Assembly (NCBI GenBank): GCA_963662615.2
Contig: CAXXSR010000001.1
Coordinates: forward strand, 1,792,001-1,856,000
Reading direction: 5' to 3'
Origin: Dehalococcoidia bacterium
Lineage (GTDB): Bacteria > Chloroflexota > Dehalococcoidia > Bin125
DNA length: 64,000 bases
Below are positions 49,131-57,678 of the stretch, one piece after another. The position numbers and the translations under genes were made by a program. The notes under the pieces are model-generated. The model saw nothing but the letters and a program-made list of their open reading frames with translations, was not told the origin of the DNA and made no database searches. Within the stretch, counting starts at the first letter, position 1; every line of letters begins with the position of its first letter.

Positions 49131-49228
49131 AACAGTCCGGGCTGAGCCGGTCCCCGGCCCACCCGTGCCCCTGCTCCAGTGAGGCAGGGAGATCGCCTGC
49201 CATGAGCGCAATCCGATCGGAGGCCACT

Positions 49229-50077
49229 ATGACGAGTGCATCCTGGTCCCTGCCCGCGCGACTCGCCGCAACCGCGGCGGCCGTCGTGCTGCTCATGCTG
49301 CTCCTGCGAACCGCGACGGCCGAGCACAACCCACAGAGTGTGGACCTGGTGCCCGGCAGCAATTTGGTCACGTACGACGGCGCCACCTTGCCCGTCTGGA
49401 TCGCCCTCGGCGAAGCCATCATCGATGTGGACGCCATCTGGAGTTTCAACGCGGCCGACCAGAGCTGGGCGCTGTGGGCGCGGCCGCTGCCGCCAAGCCT
49501 CCAGGGCATCACGGAATTGGAGCACGGCCGCCCCTACTTCGTGATCGCCGCACGGGCGCTGACATGGAACTTCTTCGACAGTGATCCGCTCGCCATCACT
49601 GCCTGTGTCGCCAACGGCCTCACGGCGTCGGCGCAGGCGGCGGAGACGACGGTCACGGTCTTCTTCCTGCATGCAGCCGTCCCCTTCGCGACAAGCCTGC
49701 CGCTGCCCCTCTGTACCGCCGAGCGCAGCGTCTCCTCCGCCGATCCCGTGTCCGGGGCCGTGACGGCGCTGCTGGCCGGCCCCACCGCTCAGGAAGCGCA
49801 GGCCAACGTGTTCTCCACCTGGACCGACGTGGGCACGGGTGAGTCGAACTGCGACGGCGCCGACTTCACCCTCGCCGTCACGGATGGGACGGCCACGATC
49901 CAGTTCTGCCGCTCGTTTCCCCTCGGCGGGGTAATAACCGACGCCGCCATGGGCCGCCAGATGGACGCGACGCTGCTGCAGTTCAGCGAGATCACGAAGG
50001 TCGCGATCCTGGACGTCTTCGGCAACTGCATGTTCGATCTGTCCGGTTTGAACCGCTGCCTAGACGGCGCCACCTAG
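49229..50077 (+). CDS. secreted protein with C-terminal GerMN domain
   Basis: Signal peptide ending ATA-E; GerMN-like VTVFF...ALLAGPTAQE...TATIQF...QMDATLLQF; GGAGG RBS before ATG 49229. Confidence 0.8.
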   Translation: MTSASWSLPARLAATAAAVVLLMLLLRTATAEHNPQSVDLVPGSNLVTYDGATLPVWIALGEAIIDVDAIWSFNAADQSWALWARPLPPSLQGITELEHGRPYFVIAARALTWNFFDSDPLAITACVANGLTASAQAAETTVTVFFLHAAVPFATSLPLPLCTAERSVSSADPVSGAVTALLAGPTAQEAQANVFSTWTDVGTGESNCDGADFTLAVTDGTATIQFCRSFPLGGVITDAAMGRQMDATLLQFSEITKVAILDVFGNCMFDLSGLNRCLDGAT

Positions 50078-50161
50078 CCGGCCGTCACCGCTCCTGTCAG
50101 ACGTTCGCGCGCACGCGCGTCGCCACGGCTGCCGCGAGGCCGGAGGAGAAACCGGCCGGCG

Positions 50162-50764
50162 CTACCGACGGCGTCGTGCCGCGGCGCGCGCGGCCGTCGC
50201 CACCACGACCGCGGCGGCGGCGGCGGCGGCAACCGCCAACGGCGAGATCCCCCCGCCATCGTCACCGTCCGCGAGACCGCCGCTCCCTGTGTCAGGGAGG
50301 GCTGCCGGCGCCTCGGGAACCGTTGATTCTCTCGTTGGCGCCTCCGGCGCTGCGGGCGCCTCCGCCTCCGCGCCTCCGGCGTGTCGGTGATGTCTGCCCG
50401 CACGAGCTGGAACACGGAGGCGCTGCCGGACCGCTCACCCGCGTGGTCATCGAACGTCGCGCCCACGATCACCGTGTCGCCGCTGAGGACGACGCTCGAG
50501 CCAAACGCGTCACCCGCGGCGGCGTCGCCGGCGGTCAGTTTGGCCACCTGGTCCCAGGCTTCGGTGCCCCCCTGATCGCGCGCGAAGAGGTAGGCGCTGC
50601 CGGACGCGTCGCCCGCATCGGCATCAAACGGCGCGCCTACGATCGCCGCGTCGCCGCTGAGGGCGACGCTCCAACCAAACTCATCACCCGCGGCGCCGTC
50701 GGTGGCGGTCAGTTTGGCCACCTGGCCCCAGGCCTCGGCGCCACCCCGATCGCGCGCAAAGAGG
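50162..50764 (-). pseudogene. FG-GAP repeat surface protein, frameshifted C-terminal part with LPDTG sorting signal
   Basis: Two more FG-GAP repeats, then a 1-nt shift at about 50370 leading to PEAEAPAAPEAP...LPDTGSGGLA...LAVAAAAAAAVVVATAARAAARRRR-stop (TAG at 50162-50164). Confidence 0.8.
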
Positions 50765-51502
50765 TTAGGCGCTGCCGGAATCCCTGCCGGTGTCGTCATC
50801 GAGGCGCGAGCCCACGATCACCGTGTCGCCACTGACGGCGACGCTCCGGCCGAACCCGTCAACCGCGGCGGCGTCGGCGGCGGTCAGTTTGGCCACCTGG
50901 CCCCAGGCACCGGCGCCCCCCCGATCACGCGCGAAGAGGTAGGCGCTGCCGGACCGCTCACCCGCGTGGTCATCGAACGGTGCGCCCACGATCACCGTGT
51001 CGCCGCTGATGGCGACGCTCCAGCCGAACCGGTCCTCCGTGGCGTCAGCGGCGGTCAGTTTCGCCACCTGGCCCCAGGCCTCGGCGCCACCCTGATCGCG
51101 CGCGAAGAGGTAGGCGCCCGCATCGTCATCGGCGGGCGCACCGACGATCACCGTGTCGCCACTGATCGCGACGCTCAAGCCGAACAGCCCACCTGCGGCG
51201 GCGGCGGCGGCGGTCAGTTTGGCCACCTGGCCCCAGACGCCGGCGCCACCCCGATCGCGCGCGAAGAGGTAGGCGCTGCCGGTTTGTTGGCCCGCGTCGT
51301 CATCGCCGGGCACACCCACGATCACCGTGTCGCCGCTGATGGCGACGCTGCTGCCGAACCCGTCCTTCGAGGCGGCGTCGGCGGCGGTCAGTTTGACCTG
51401 CTCGGTGACGATCGGCCCATCGGCCGCCACGCTCCCCGCTGTCAGCGCCACCAGGGCGGCCGCCCCCAACCCCAGACCTGCTCGCCACAAGCTCTGTCCC
51501 AT
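50765..51502 (-). CDS. FG-GAP (integrin alpha-like) repeat protein, N-terminal fragment with signal peptide
   Basis: Four repeats KLTAADA...FGxSVAISGDTVIVGA..DD..GSAYLF. Terminated by an inserted base turning GCC TAC CTC into GCC TAA C. Confidence 0.85.
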   Translation of the reverse strand: MGQSLWRAGLGLGAAALVALTAGSVAADGPIVTEQVKLTAADAASKDGFGSSVAISGDTVIVGVPGDDDAGQQTGSAYLFARDRGGAGVWGQVAKLTAAAAAAGGLFGLSVAISGDTVIVGAPADDDAGAYLFARDQGGAEAWGQVAKLTAADATEDRFGWSVAISGDTVIVGAPFDDHAGERSGSAYLFARDRGGAGAWGQVAKLTAADAAAVDGFGRSVAVSGDTVIVGSRLDDDTGRDSGSA

Positions 51503-51713
51503 GGCTCCCTCCGCTCCCCCCGCGTGACGGTACCCACGCCGCGCCCACGGTTCAAGCCAAGAGCCCTGGAACGGCGCCGGAGCCTGTGGGGCACTCATAC
51601 GTCCGTTCTGTCCTCGGCGTGATCGAATGTCGGAGTCCGCCTCATCCCCACTCGAATTTCGAGCAGATCTCGTTGTGGCGCCCCATAGGCTCCACGATCA
51701 AGGGCCCCGGCGG

Positions 51714-53042
51714 CTATCCCGACGGGTCGCCCGGGCGCGGGGGCAGCGACGGCGCCACGACCGACGGCGCCACCGGCTCGACCGTCACACCGCCGGGCCG
51801 GAGACGCTCGCGCCGGTGGGCCCTGACCCAGAGCGGCCCCGCGACGAGGGCCAGGCCGCCCAGCGCGATGCCCGCCAGCGCGAAAGCCCACCCCGGCCCC
51901 AGTTCGTCGAAGATCACGCCCACCCCCGCTGAAAAAGGCGCCAGCAGCAGTCCCAGCGCCAGCGACTGCATCGACAGGATCGTCGCCCGCTGGTCCGACG
52001 GCACCCTGCGGTTGACGTACCCGCTCGCAATCGGCTCAATCGTTGATCGCGCCAGCATGACCAGCACCAGAAACGGCAGCGCGCCCAGGTGGTCAACCAG
52101 CGCCAAGGCGACGTACGCGCCGACGCCTACGACCGGGAGCGTCGCCAAGACCGCGACCGGCCCGCTGCGGGCGACCAGCCGGTAGGCCACGGACGCCCCC
52201 ACGATCGCGGCCACCAGCCCCGGCAGTTGCAGCGCCGAGAACGTGAAATCAATATCCAACCCCTTGTCGAGCAGGAACGGCTGGATCAGATAGCCCGTCG
52301 CTCCCAACCCCGCGCCCAGCGCCGCCGTGTAGACGATCGCCGTCCGCACCGCCGGCTGCTGCCACGCCACCCTGACCGCCTGGCGCGCTCCCGCCCAGTA
52401 CGACGGCCGCTCGCCGGAGCCCCCCAGCCGCGGCGCCTCCGTCATCGCGATCGTCACGGCCACCACGGCCACCATCGTGCCCGCCCCTACGAAGATCGTG
52501 AACTGCGTGCTCACCGCTCCCGCCACCGGCGCTCCGATGAGCACCCCCAAAGCGGCCCCCGCCCAGAGCAACGCCTCCCCCCGCCCGGCCAGCTTCTCGT
52601 ACTCCTCCTCACGCCCAAGCGCCTTGAGGGTGTCGTAAAGAAGGGCCAGGTCCGCACCCGACATCAGCGTGACGGCGACAGACCACATCAAGAAGGACAC
52701 CAGCAGGATCGGAAACGACGTGCTGAAGGCGAAGACCAGCATCGACGCGATCAGCGCCCCGGCGCCCAGCGCCAACGAGGTCGACCGGCCGTAACGGTCG
52801 GCCACCGCGCCGGTCGGCACCTCCAGCACCACCAGGCCCAAGAGGAAACACGCCTCGGCGACGCCCACCTGCGTGAGCGAAAACCCGCGGTCAACGATGA
52901 GAAAGACGATCCAGACCGGAATCCAGATCTGCGCCTCGCGGAGAAAGCGGAAGGCATAGAAGAGCGGGACGTTCCGCTCCAGCAGGCGTCGCTCGCGCCC
53001 CGTGAGCTGCGCTCTCTCGGATGGCATCGGTCGATCGATCAC
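51714..53042 (-). CDS. MFS transporter
   Basis: LEVPTGAVADRYGR motif A, SGADLALLYD, VPSDQRATILS, about 12 hydrophobic segments. Confidence 0.92.
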   Translation of the reverse strand: MIDRPMPSERAQLTGRERRLLERNVPLFYAFRFLREAQIWIPVWIVFLIVDRGFSLTQVGVAEACFLLGLVVLEVPTGAVADRYGRSTSLALGAGALIASMLVFAFSTSFPILLVSFLMWSVAVTLMSGADLALLYDTLKALGREEEYEKLAGRGEALLWAGAALGVLIGAPVAGAVSTQFTIFVGAGTMVAVVAVTIAMTEAPRLGGSGERPSYWAGARQAVRVAWQQPAVRTAIVYTAALGAGLGATGYLIQPFLLDKGLDIDFTFSALQLPGLVAAIVGASVAYRLVARSGPVAVLATLPVVGVGAYVALALVDHLGALPFLVLVMLARSTIEPIASGYVNRRVPSDQRATILSMQSLALGLLLAPFSAGVGVIFDELGPGWAFALAGIALGGLALVAGPLWVRAHRRERLRPGGVTVEPVAPSVVAPSLPPRPGDPSG

Positions 53043-53143
53043 GCCTCGGATCCCGCGCCAAAGCGCGCGCGCTCCGCCTAAGTGCCGGGCAGCATGGTGT
53101 GGGCGCCAACGTTCACCGGGCCCAGCACCGAGCCTAGGTCACC

Positions 53144-53190
53144 CGCCACAGCGTCGGCAACGCCACAGCGTCGGCAACACCCCAGCGTCA
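53144..53190. repeat. tandem 17-bp repeat CGCCACAGCGTCGGCAA, 2 exact copies + degenerate third
   Basis: 53144-53160 is identical to 53161-53177; lies in a divergent intergenic region. Confidence 0.75.
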
Positions 53191-53396
53191 AGGAAAACCA
53201 CTGCAAGCCGCGTCTGCGCAGCGACGGCGTGCCAATCGCGCCTGGCCTTCCCCTCATCACAGCGTCGGTCTGCAATTCGCGAATCAGGACGGGCGGAGGG
53301 AATATTCGTGCCCAACAGCGGCCGCACGGCCCGATCGCTTGGCGACGCGATCCCGCCGCAGTACCGTGAGGCGGCGTCCAGCAACCAGGAGGAGCG

Positions 53397-54710
53397 ATGC
53401 ACGACCGCCAGAGCCCCGTTTTCCCGGCGATTCGCCTGCCCCAGTTCAACGATGAAGCGCTGCCGCCCGTCGCGCTGGCAAGCCTGCGACATCCTCAAGC
53501 GCCGGCCCTCAAGGACGTCGGTCGCGCCACCGTCGCCGCGCTCGAGCAATCCCAGCGCCTCCCCGACCTGCCTGCCGGCGCCCGTGTCGCCATCACCTGC
53601 GGCAGCCGCGGGATTCAGGGCAAGCCGGCCGTCGTCAAGAGCGTCGTCGCCTGGCTCAAGCAGCGCGGCCTCCAGCCGTTCATCGTCCCCGCCATGGGCA
53701 GTCACGGCGGCGCCCGCGCCGACAGTCAGACCCAGCTCCTGGCCGCGCTCGGCTTCACCCCCGAGGCGATGGGCTGCCCCGTCGAAGCGACGATGGAGGT
53801 CGTGCAGCTCGGGACCACCTCTCTCGGAGTCCCGGTCTGGTTCGACAAATATGCCGCCGAAGCCGATGCCGTGATCGTGATCAATCGCATCAAAGCCCAT
53901 ACCTCTTTCGATCGTGAAGTCGAGAGCGGCCTCACCAAGATGGTCGCTATCGGTCTCGGCAAGGCGGAGGGCGCCCGTCTGATCCATCGTCTCGGTCCCC
54001 GTGGCTACCTCGATGTCTTGCTTGAGTGGGCGCGGATCGCGGCCCAGAACTCCCCCATCATCTTCGGCATCGGCATCGTCGAGAACGCGGACAAGGCGCC
54101 CACCATCATCGAAGGGGCCGAGCCCCCGGAGTTCGCCGAGACCGACGCCCGCCTCTTGCAGGTCGCGAAAAGCTACATCCCCACCCTGCCCTTCAAGCAG
54201 TTGGACGTGCTCGTCGTCGAGCAGCTGGGCAAGAACATCTCCGGCTCGGGCATGGACCCGGCCGTGATTGCGCGCGTCGATATCCGCGGACGGGAGAATC
54301 GTCCGGAACCGTTCATCCATAAATTGGTCGTGCTCGGCCTCACCCCGGAAACCCACGGCAACGCCCTCGGCGTGGGCGTGGCCGACTTTCTGACCAAGGA
54401 GCTGGCGGACAGTCTGGACCTCTACGCCATGTACATGAACGCACTAACTGCGACGTTCACGGAGCGCGTGCGCCTCCCGCCCGTCATGGCGGACGACAAG
54501 GCCGCAATCCAGGCCGCCGTCGGCACCTGCTGGCGCTTCGACGGCGAGAACGCGCGGCTCTGCATCATCCGCTCCACCCTGCATCTGCATCACGTCCTGC
54601 TCTCACCGTCCCTCGCCGCCGATCTCGACGGCGCCGGCGAACTCCTGGCGGACCCGCAGCCGTTGCGCTTCGACGACGACGGGCGCTTGCTCACCCGCTG
54701 CCCGGACTGA
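53397..54710 (+). CDS. lactate racemase (LarA) N-terminal-like / DUF2088-DUF362 family protein
   Basis: RVAITCGSRGI, PFIVPAMGSHGG, NRIKAHT, ESGLTKMVAIGLGK, GKNISGSGMD, HGNALGVG. Confidence 0.82.
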   Translation: MHDRQSPVFPAIRLPQFNDEALPPVALASLRHPQAPALKDVGRATVAALEQSQRLPDLPAGARVAITCGSRGIQGKPAVVKSVVAWLKQRGLQPFIVPAMGSHGGARADSQTQLLAALGFTPEAMGCPVEATMEVVQLGTTSLGVPVWFDKYAAEADAVIVINRIKAHTSFDREVESGLTKMVAIGLGKAEGARLIHRLGPRGYLDVLLEWARIAAQNSPIIFGIGIVENADKAPTIIEGAEPPEFAETDARLLQVAKSYIPTLPFKQLDVLVVEQLGKNISGSGMDPAVIARVDIRGRENRPEPFIHKLVVLGLTPETHGNALGVGVADFLTKELADSLDLYAMYMNALTATFTERVRLPPVMADDKAAIQAAVGTCWRFDGENARLCIIRSTLHLHHVLLSPSLAADLDGAGELLADPQPLRFDDDGRLLTRCPD

Positions 54711-54867
54711 CTGCGCGGCGACCCTCAATGACGTCGCCGCCCCCTCATCCGATCTCCTGACCCACGGGCGCGCGGCGAGGCGGACGACGACCAGATTGCC
54801 GCTTCAATCCGAGGTTTCCTATCTGGCAAGGCCCCTCGACCGGCGCGGATGGGGCCGCCGATCGATG

Positions 54868-54876
54868 TGTTACAAT
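54868..54876 (+). promoter_or_regulatory. extended -10 promoter element upstream of aor
   Basis: TGTTACAAT (TGnTAnAAT) about 55 bp upstream of the aor start codon. Confidence 0.5.
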
Positions 54877-54931
54877 CCGGCCATTCCGACGCGCCCAGAC
54901 GCGACTGAGCGCCAAGAAAAGGAGTCGTCCC

Positions 54932-56740
54932 GTGGCATTAGGTGGATTCGCAAATCACGTCGCCCGGATCGATCTGACCAGCGGATCGGTCACGTACGAA
55001 GGCATCAACGAGGAAGATGCGCGGCTCTACATCGGCGCCCGCGGTCTCGGCGTCAAGTATGTCCTCGACAACGGTCCCAACGTCGATCCCCTCGGCCCGG
55101 AGAACCTGCTCGGCCTCGTCAACGGCCCGCTCACCGGCACCGAAGCGACGATGAGCGGCCGCCTGGCGTTCGTCACGAAGTCGCCGCTGACCGGGACCGT
55201 CACTGACAGCCACCAGGGGGGCTGGAGCGCCGCCCGCCTGCGCTGGTCCGGCTTCGACGCGCTGCTCTTCACCGGCAAGGCCGACGCTCCCGTCTACGCC
55301 TACGTGGAGAACGGCACGGTGGAACTCCGCCCCGCCGGCGATTTCTGGGGCAAGGGCATCCACGAGACCGTGCGCCTCTTCCAGGACCGCTATGGCGACG
55401 ACCTCTCCGTCATGGCCATTGGCGAGGCGGGCGAAAACCAAGTGCTCTTCGCCGCCATCATGAACGAAGACGACCGCGCCGCGGGGCGCGGCGGCACTGG
55501 CGCCGTCGCGGGATCCAAAAACCTCAAGGCCGTGGTGGTCAAGGCCAACAAGAAGGCCATGCCCAAGCCCAAGGACCGCGACAAGTGGAAGGCCGCGCAC
55601 CAGCGCGCGCTCAAGACCATCCTGGACAGCGAGGTCACCGGCCCCAACAAGGGCGGCCTCTCCCTCTACGGCACCAATGTGCTCATGAACCCGGTTAACG
55701 CCTTAGGCGGCCTCGGCGCGCGCAACTCCCAGAAGACCATGTTCGCCGGCGCCGAGAAGCTCAGCGGCGAGACGATCCGGGAGACCGTCCTCGTCGCGGA
55801 GCCCACCTGTCACGCCTGCCCCGTGGCCTGCAAGAAAGAGATCGAGATCACGGAGGGGCCATACAAGGGCCTGCGCATGGAATCGTTTGAGTACGAGCCG
55901 GCCTGGTCGATCGGCGCCAACTGCGACAACGACGACGTCGGCGTCGTCGCCAAGATCATTGACCAGTGCAACGATCACGGCATGGACGCCATTGAGATCG
56001 GCAACGTCCTCTCCATGTACATGGAAGCCACCGAGCGGCAGTTTGTCAGCGGGCCCGGACTCGCCTGGGGCGACGGTGCCGCCATGGTCGCAACCGCCGC
56101 TCTGATCGCGCGGCGCGAAGGCATCGGCAACACCCTCGCCGACGGCACCGCCCGGGGCGCCGCCGCCTTCGGCCACCCCGAGATCGGCATGGCCGTCAAG
56201 GGACAGGCCGTGGCCGCCTACGACCCCCGCGCGCTCAAGGGCGAGGGCCTCGGCTACGCCACCAGCAACCGCGGCGCCTGCCACCTGCGCGGCTACACAC
56301 CCGCATCCGAGATCCTGGGCATTCCCGTGAAGACCGACCCGCTGGAGTGGAAAGGCAAGGGCGAGCTGCTCAAGATCTTCCAGGACCTCCACGCCTTCAG
56401 TGACTCCCTGGATCTCTGCAAGTTCTCCGCCTTTTCCGAAGGCGCGGAGGAGTACGCGGCGCAATACGAAGCGATCGTGGGGATCCCGCTCAGTGCTGAC
56501 GACGTCATGGTGGCGGGCGAGCGCATCTATAACTTGGAGCGCTACTACAACAATCTGGCCGGCTTCGACGGCAGCCACGACACCCTCCCCGAGCGCTTTC
56601 TCAAGGAGCCCGGCAGCGGCCCGGCTGCGGGCTCCGTCTGCGAGCTGGACCTGATGAAAGCCGAGTACTACGCCGCGCGCGGCTGGGACGACGGCGTGGT
56701 GCCGGAGGCGAAGCTGCGCGAACTCCAGATCGTCCGCTGA
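54932..56740 (+). CDS. aor: aldehyde:ferredoxin oxidoreductase (W/Mo-bis-pterin family)
   Basis: KSPLTG, AAGRGGTGAVAGSKNLKAV, CHACPVAC, EYE, GMDAI, RGACH, YYAARGWD; AAGGAG RBS. Confidence 0.93.
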   Translation: MALGGFANHVARIDLTSGSVTYEGINEEDARLYIGARGLGVKYVLDNGPNVDPLGPENLLGLVNGPLTGTEATMSGRLAFVTKSPLTGTVTDSHQGGWSAARLRWSGFDALLFTGKADAPVYAYVENGTVELRPAGDFWGKGIHETVRLFQDRYGDDLSVMAIGEAGENQVLFAAIMNEDDRAAGRGGTGAVAGSKNLKAVVVKANKKAMPKPKDRDKWKAAHQRALKTILDSEVTGPNKGGLSLYGTNVLMNPVNALGGLGARNSQKTMFAGAEKLSGETIRETVLVAEPTCHACPVACKKEIEITEGPYKGLRMESFEYEPAWSIGANCDNDDVGVVAKIIDQCNDHGMDAIEIGNVLSMYMEATERQFVSGPGLAWGDGAAMVATAALIARREGIGNTLADGTARGAAAFGHPEIGMAVKGQAVAAYDPRALKGEGLGYATSNRGACHLRGYTPASEILGIPVKTDPLEWKGKGELLKIFQDLHAFSDSLDLCKFSAFSEGAEEYAAQYEAIVGIPLSADDVMVAGERIYNLERYYNNLAGFDGSHDTLPERFLKEPGSGPAAGSVCELDLMKAEYYAARGWDDGVVPEAKLRELQIVR

Positions 56741-56753
56741 TCGGGGCCGCACC

Positions 56754-57032
56754 ATGCAAGTGCGCGTCTACGCGACGCTGCGCCCGCTCGTCGGCGGGCG
56801 CAGCGTGGATCTGGATGACGGCTGCGCCACAGCGGGGGACGTGATCAAGGAGTTGATCGGTCGTTTCCCGGCCCTCTCGGACCGGCTCCTCGACCCCCAC
56901 GGCGCCGTGCGACCCTATGTCGCGATCATGGTGGACGGCCGCGACATTCGCCACGTCGGCGGATTGCAGACGGCGGTGGGACCGGACAGCGAACTGGACA
57001 TCTTCCCCCCGGTCGCGGGTGGGAAGCGGTGA
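56754..57032 (+). CDS. moaD: MoaD/ThiS ubiquitin-like sulfur carrier (SAMP1-like) with GG-KR C-terminus
   Basis: MQVRVYATLR...IMVDGRDI...ELDIFPPVAGGKR. Confidence 0.88.
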   Translation: MQVRVYATLRPLVGGRSVDLDDGCATAGDVIKELIGRFPALSDRLLDPHGAVRPYVAIMVDGRDIRHVGGLQTAVGPDSELDIFPPVAGGKR

Positions 57033-57298
57033 CCACCGCTTCCCTGTCGATCCGTGGCCTGCCTGAATGGTTGATCCGCGACTACCTCGCGGCGATGGGC
57101 GCGGAGCCCTCGCCCGACGGCGATGCGCCCCGCATGGTCGCGCCGACGTGGTCTGTCTCCTGGGGCCGGCAAATGGTGCAGATCGCCGGGGGCGGCCTCC
57201 AGCTGACCCAGTTCGACATGGAATTCCGCGGCGACGCCGCCGCCGTGGCGGAGGCGAGCGAGGCCTTTCTCAAGAAGGCACAGCGCGGCGGCGGCTAG
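57029..57298 (+). CDS. DUF1952-like small protein ending RGGG
   Basis: RGLPEWLIRDYLAAMG...FLKKAQRGGG; GTGA overlap with the moaD stop. Family assignment is from recall. Confidence 0.75.
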   Translation: MTTASLSIRGLPEWLIRDYLAAMGAEPSPDGDAPRMVAPTWSVSWGRQMVQIAGGGLQLTQFDMEFRGDAAAVAEASEAFLKKAQRGGG

Positions 57299-57678
57299 TG
57301 GGAGGATCCACTGCGGGCGCTGACGACGCGTGGCCCTCCCCTCCTGCGGCATATCGCTTCCTGCGGCATGGTGAGAAGCCGGCGCAGCGGCAAGAAGAGA
57401 TCGCCGGGGGCCTCGCTCAAGCGCGCCTGACCCCCTGCCCCGCTGACCCACCGCCCCGCCACGCTGCCGAACGAAGGCTCGTGCCTCCCGCTCGCCGCGT
57501 TAGCACTCGCGCGCCCCCAGCGTAGGGACGGCTGACTTCGCCCTTTGGGCAATTCCCTGATTCAGCTCGCACAGCCTCTTCGTACGATACGGATGGCTTC
57601 TTGCAAAAGAGCCATCCTGCAATCTGGTCCCGTCGGGACCACAAGGCAGCCTCGGGGCGAGGAAGGGGTCGGGACCTC

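Noticed and set aside
50074-50369. Arg-rich C-terminus of the ORF-track protein 50074..50799
   Set aside because: Out-of-frame reading; the alternative frame gives a coherent linker, LPDTG, hydrophobic helix and RRRR.
57500-57508. CIRCE (HrcA) operator upstream of cheW
   Set aside because: Only the left arm TTAGCACTC is present; the sequence 9 nt later (CAGCGTAGG) does not match GAGTGCTAA.
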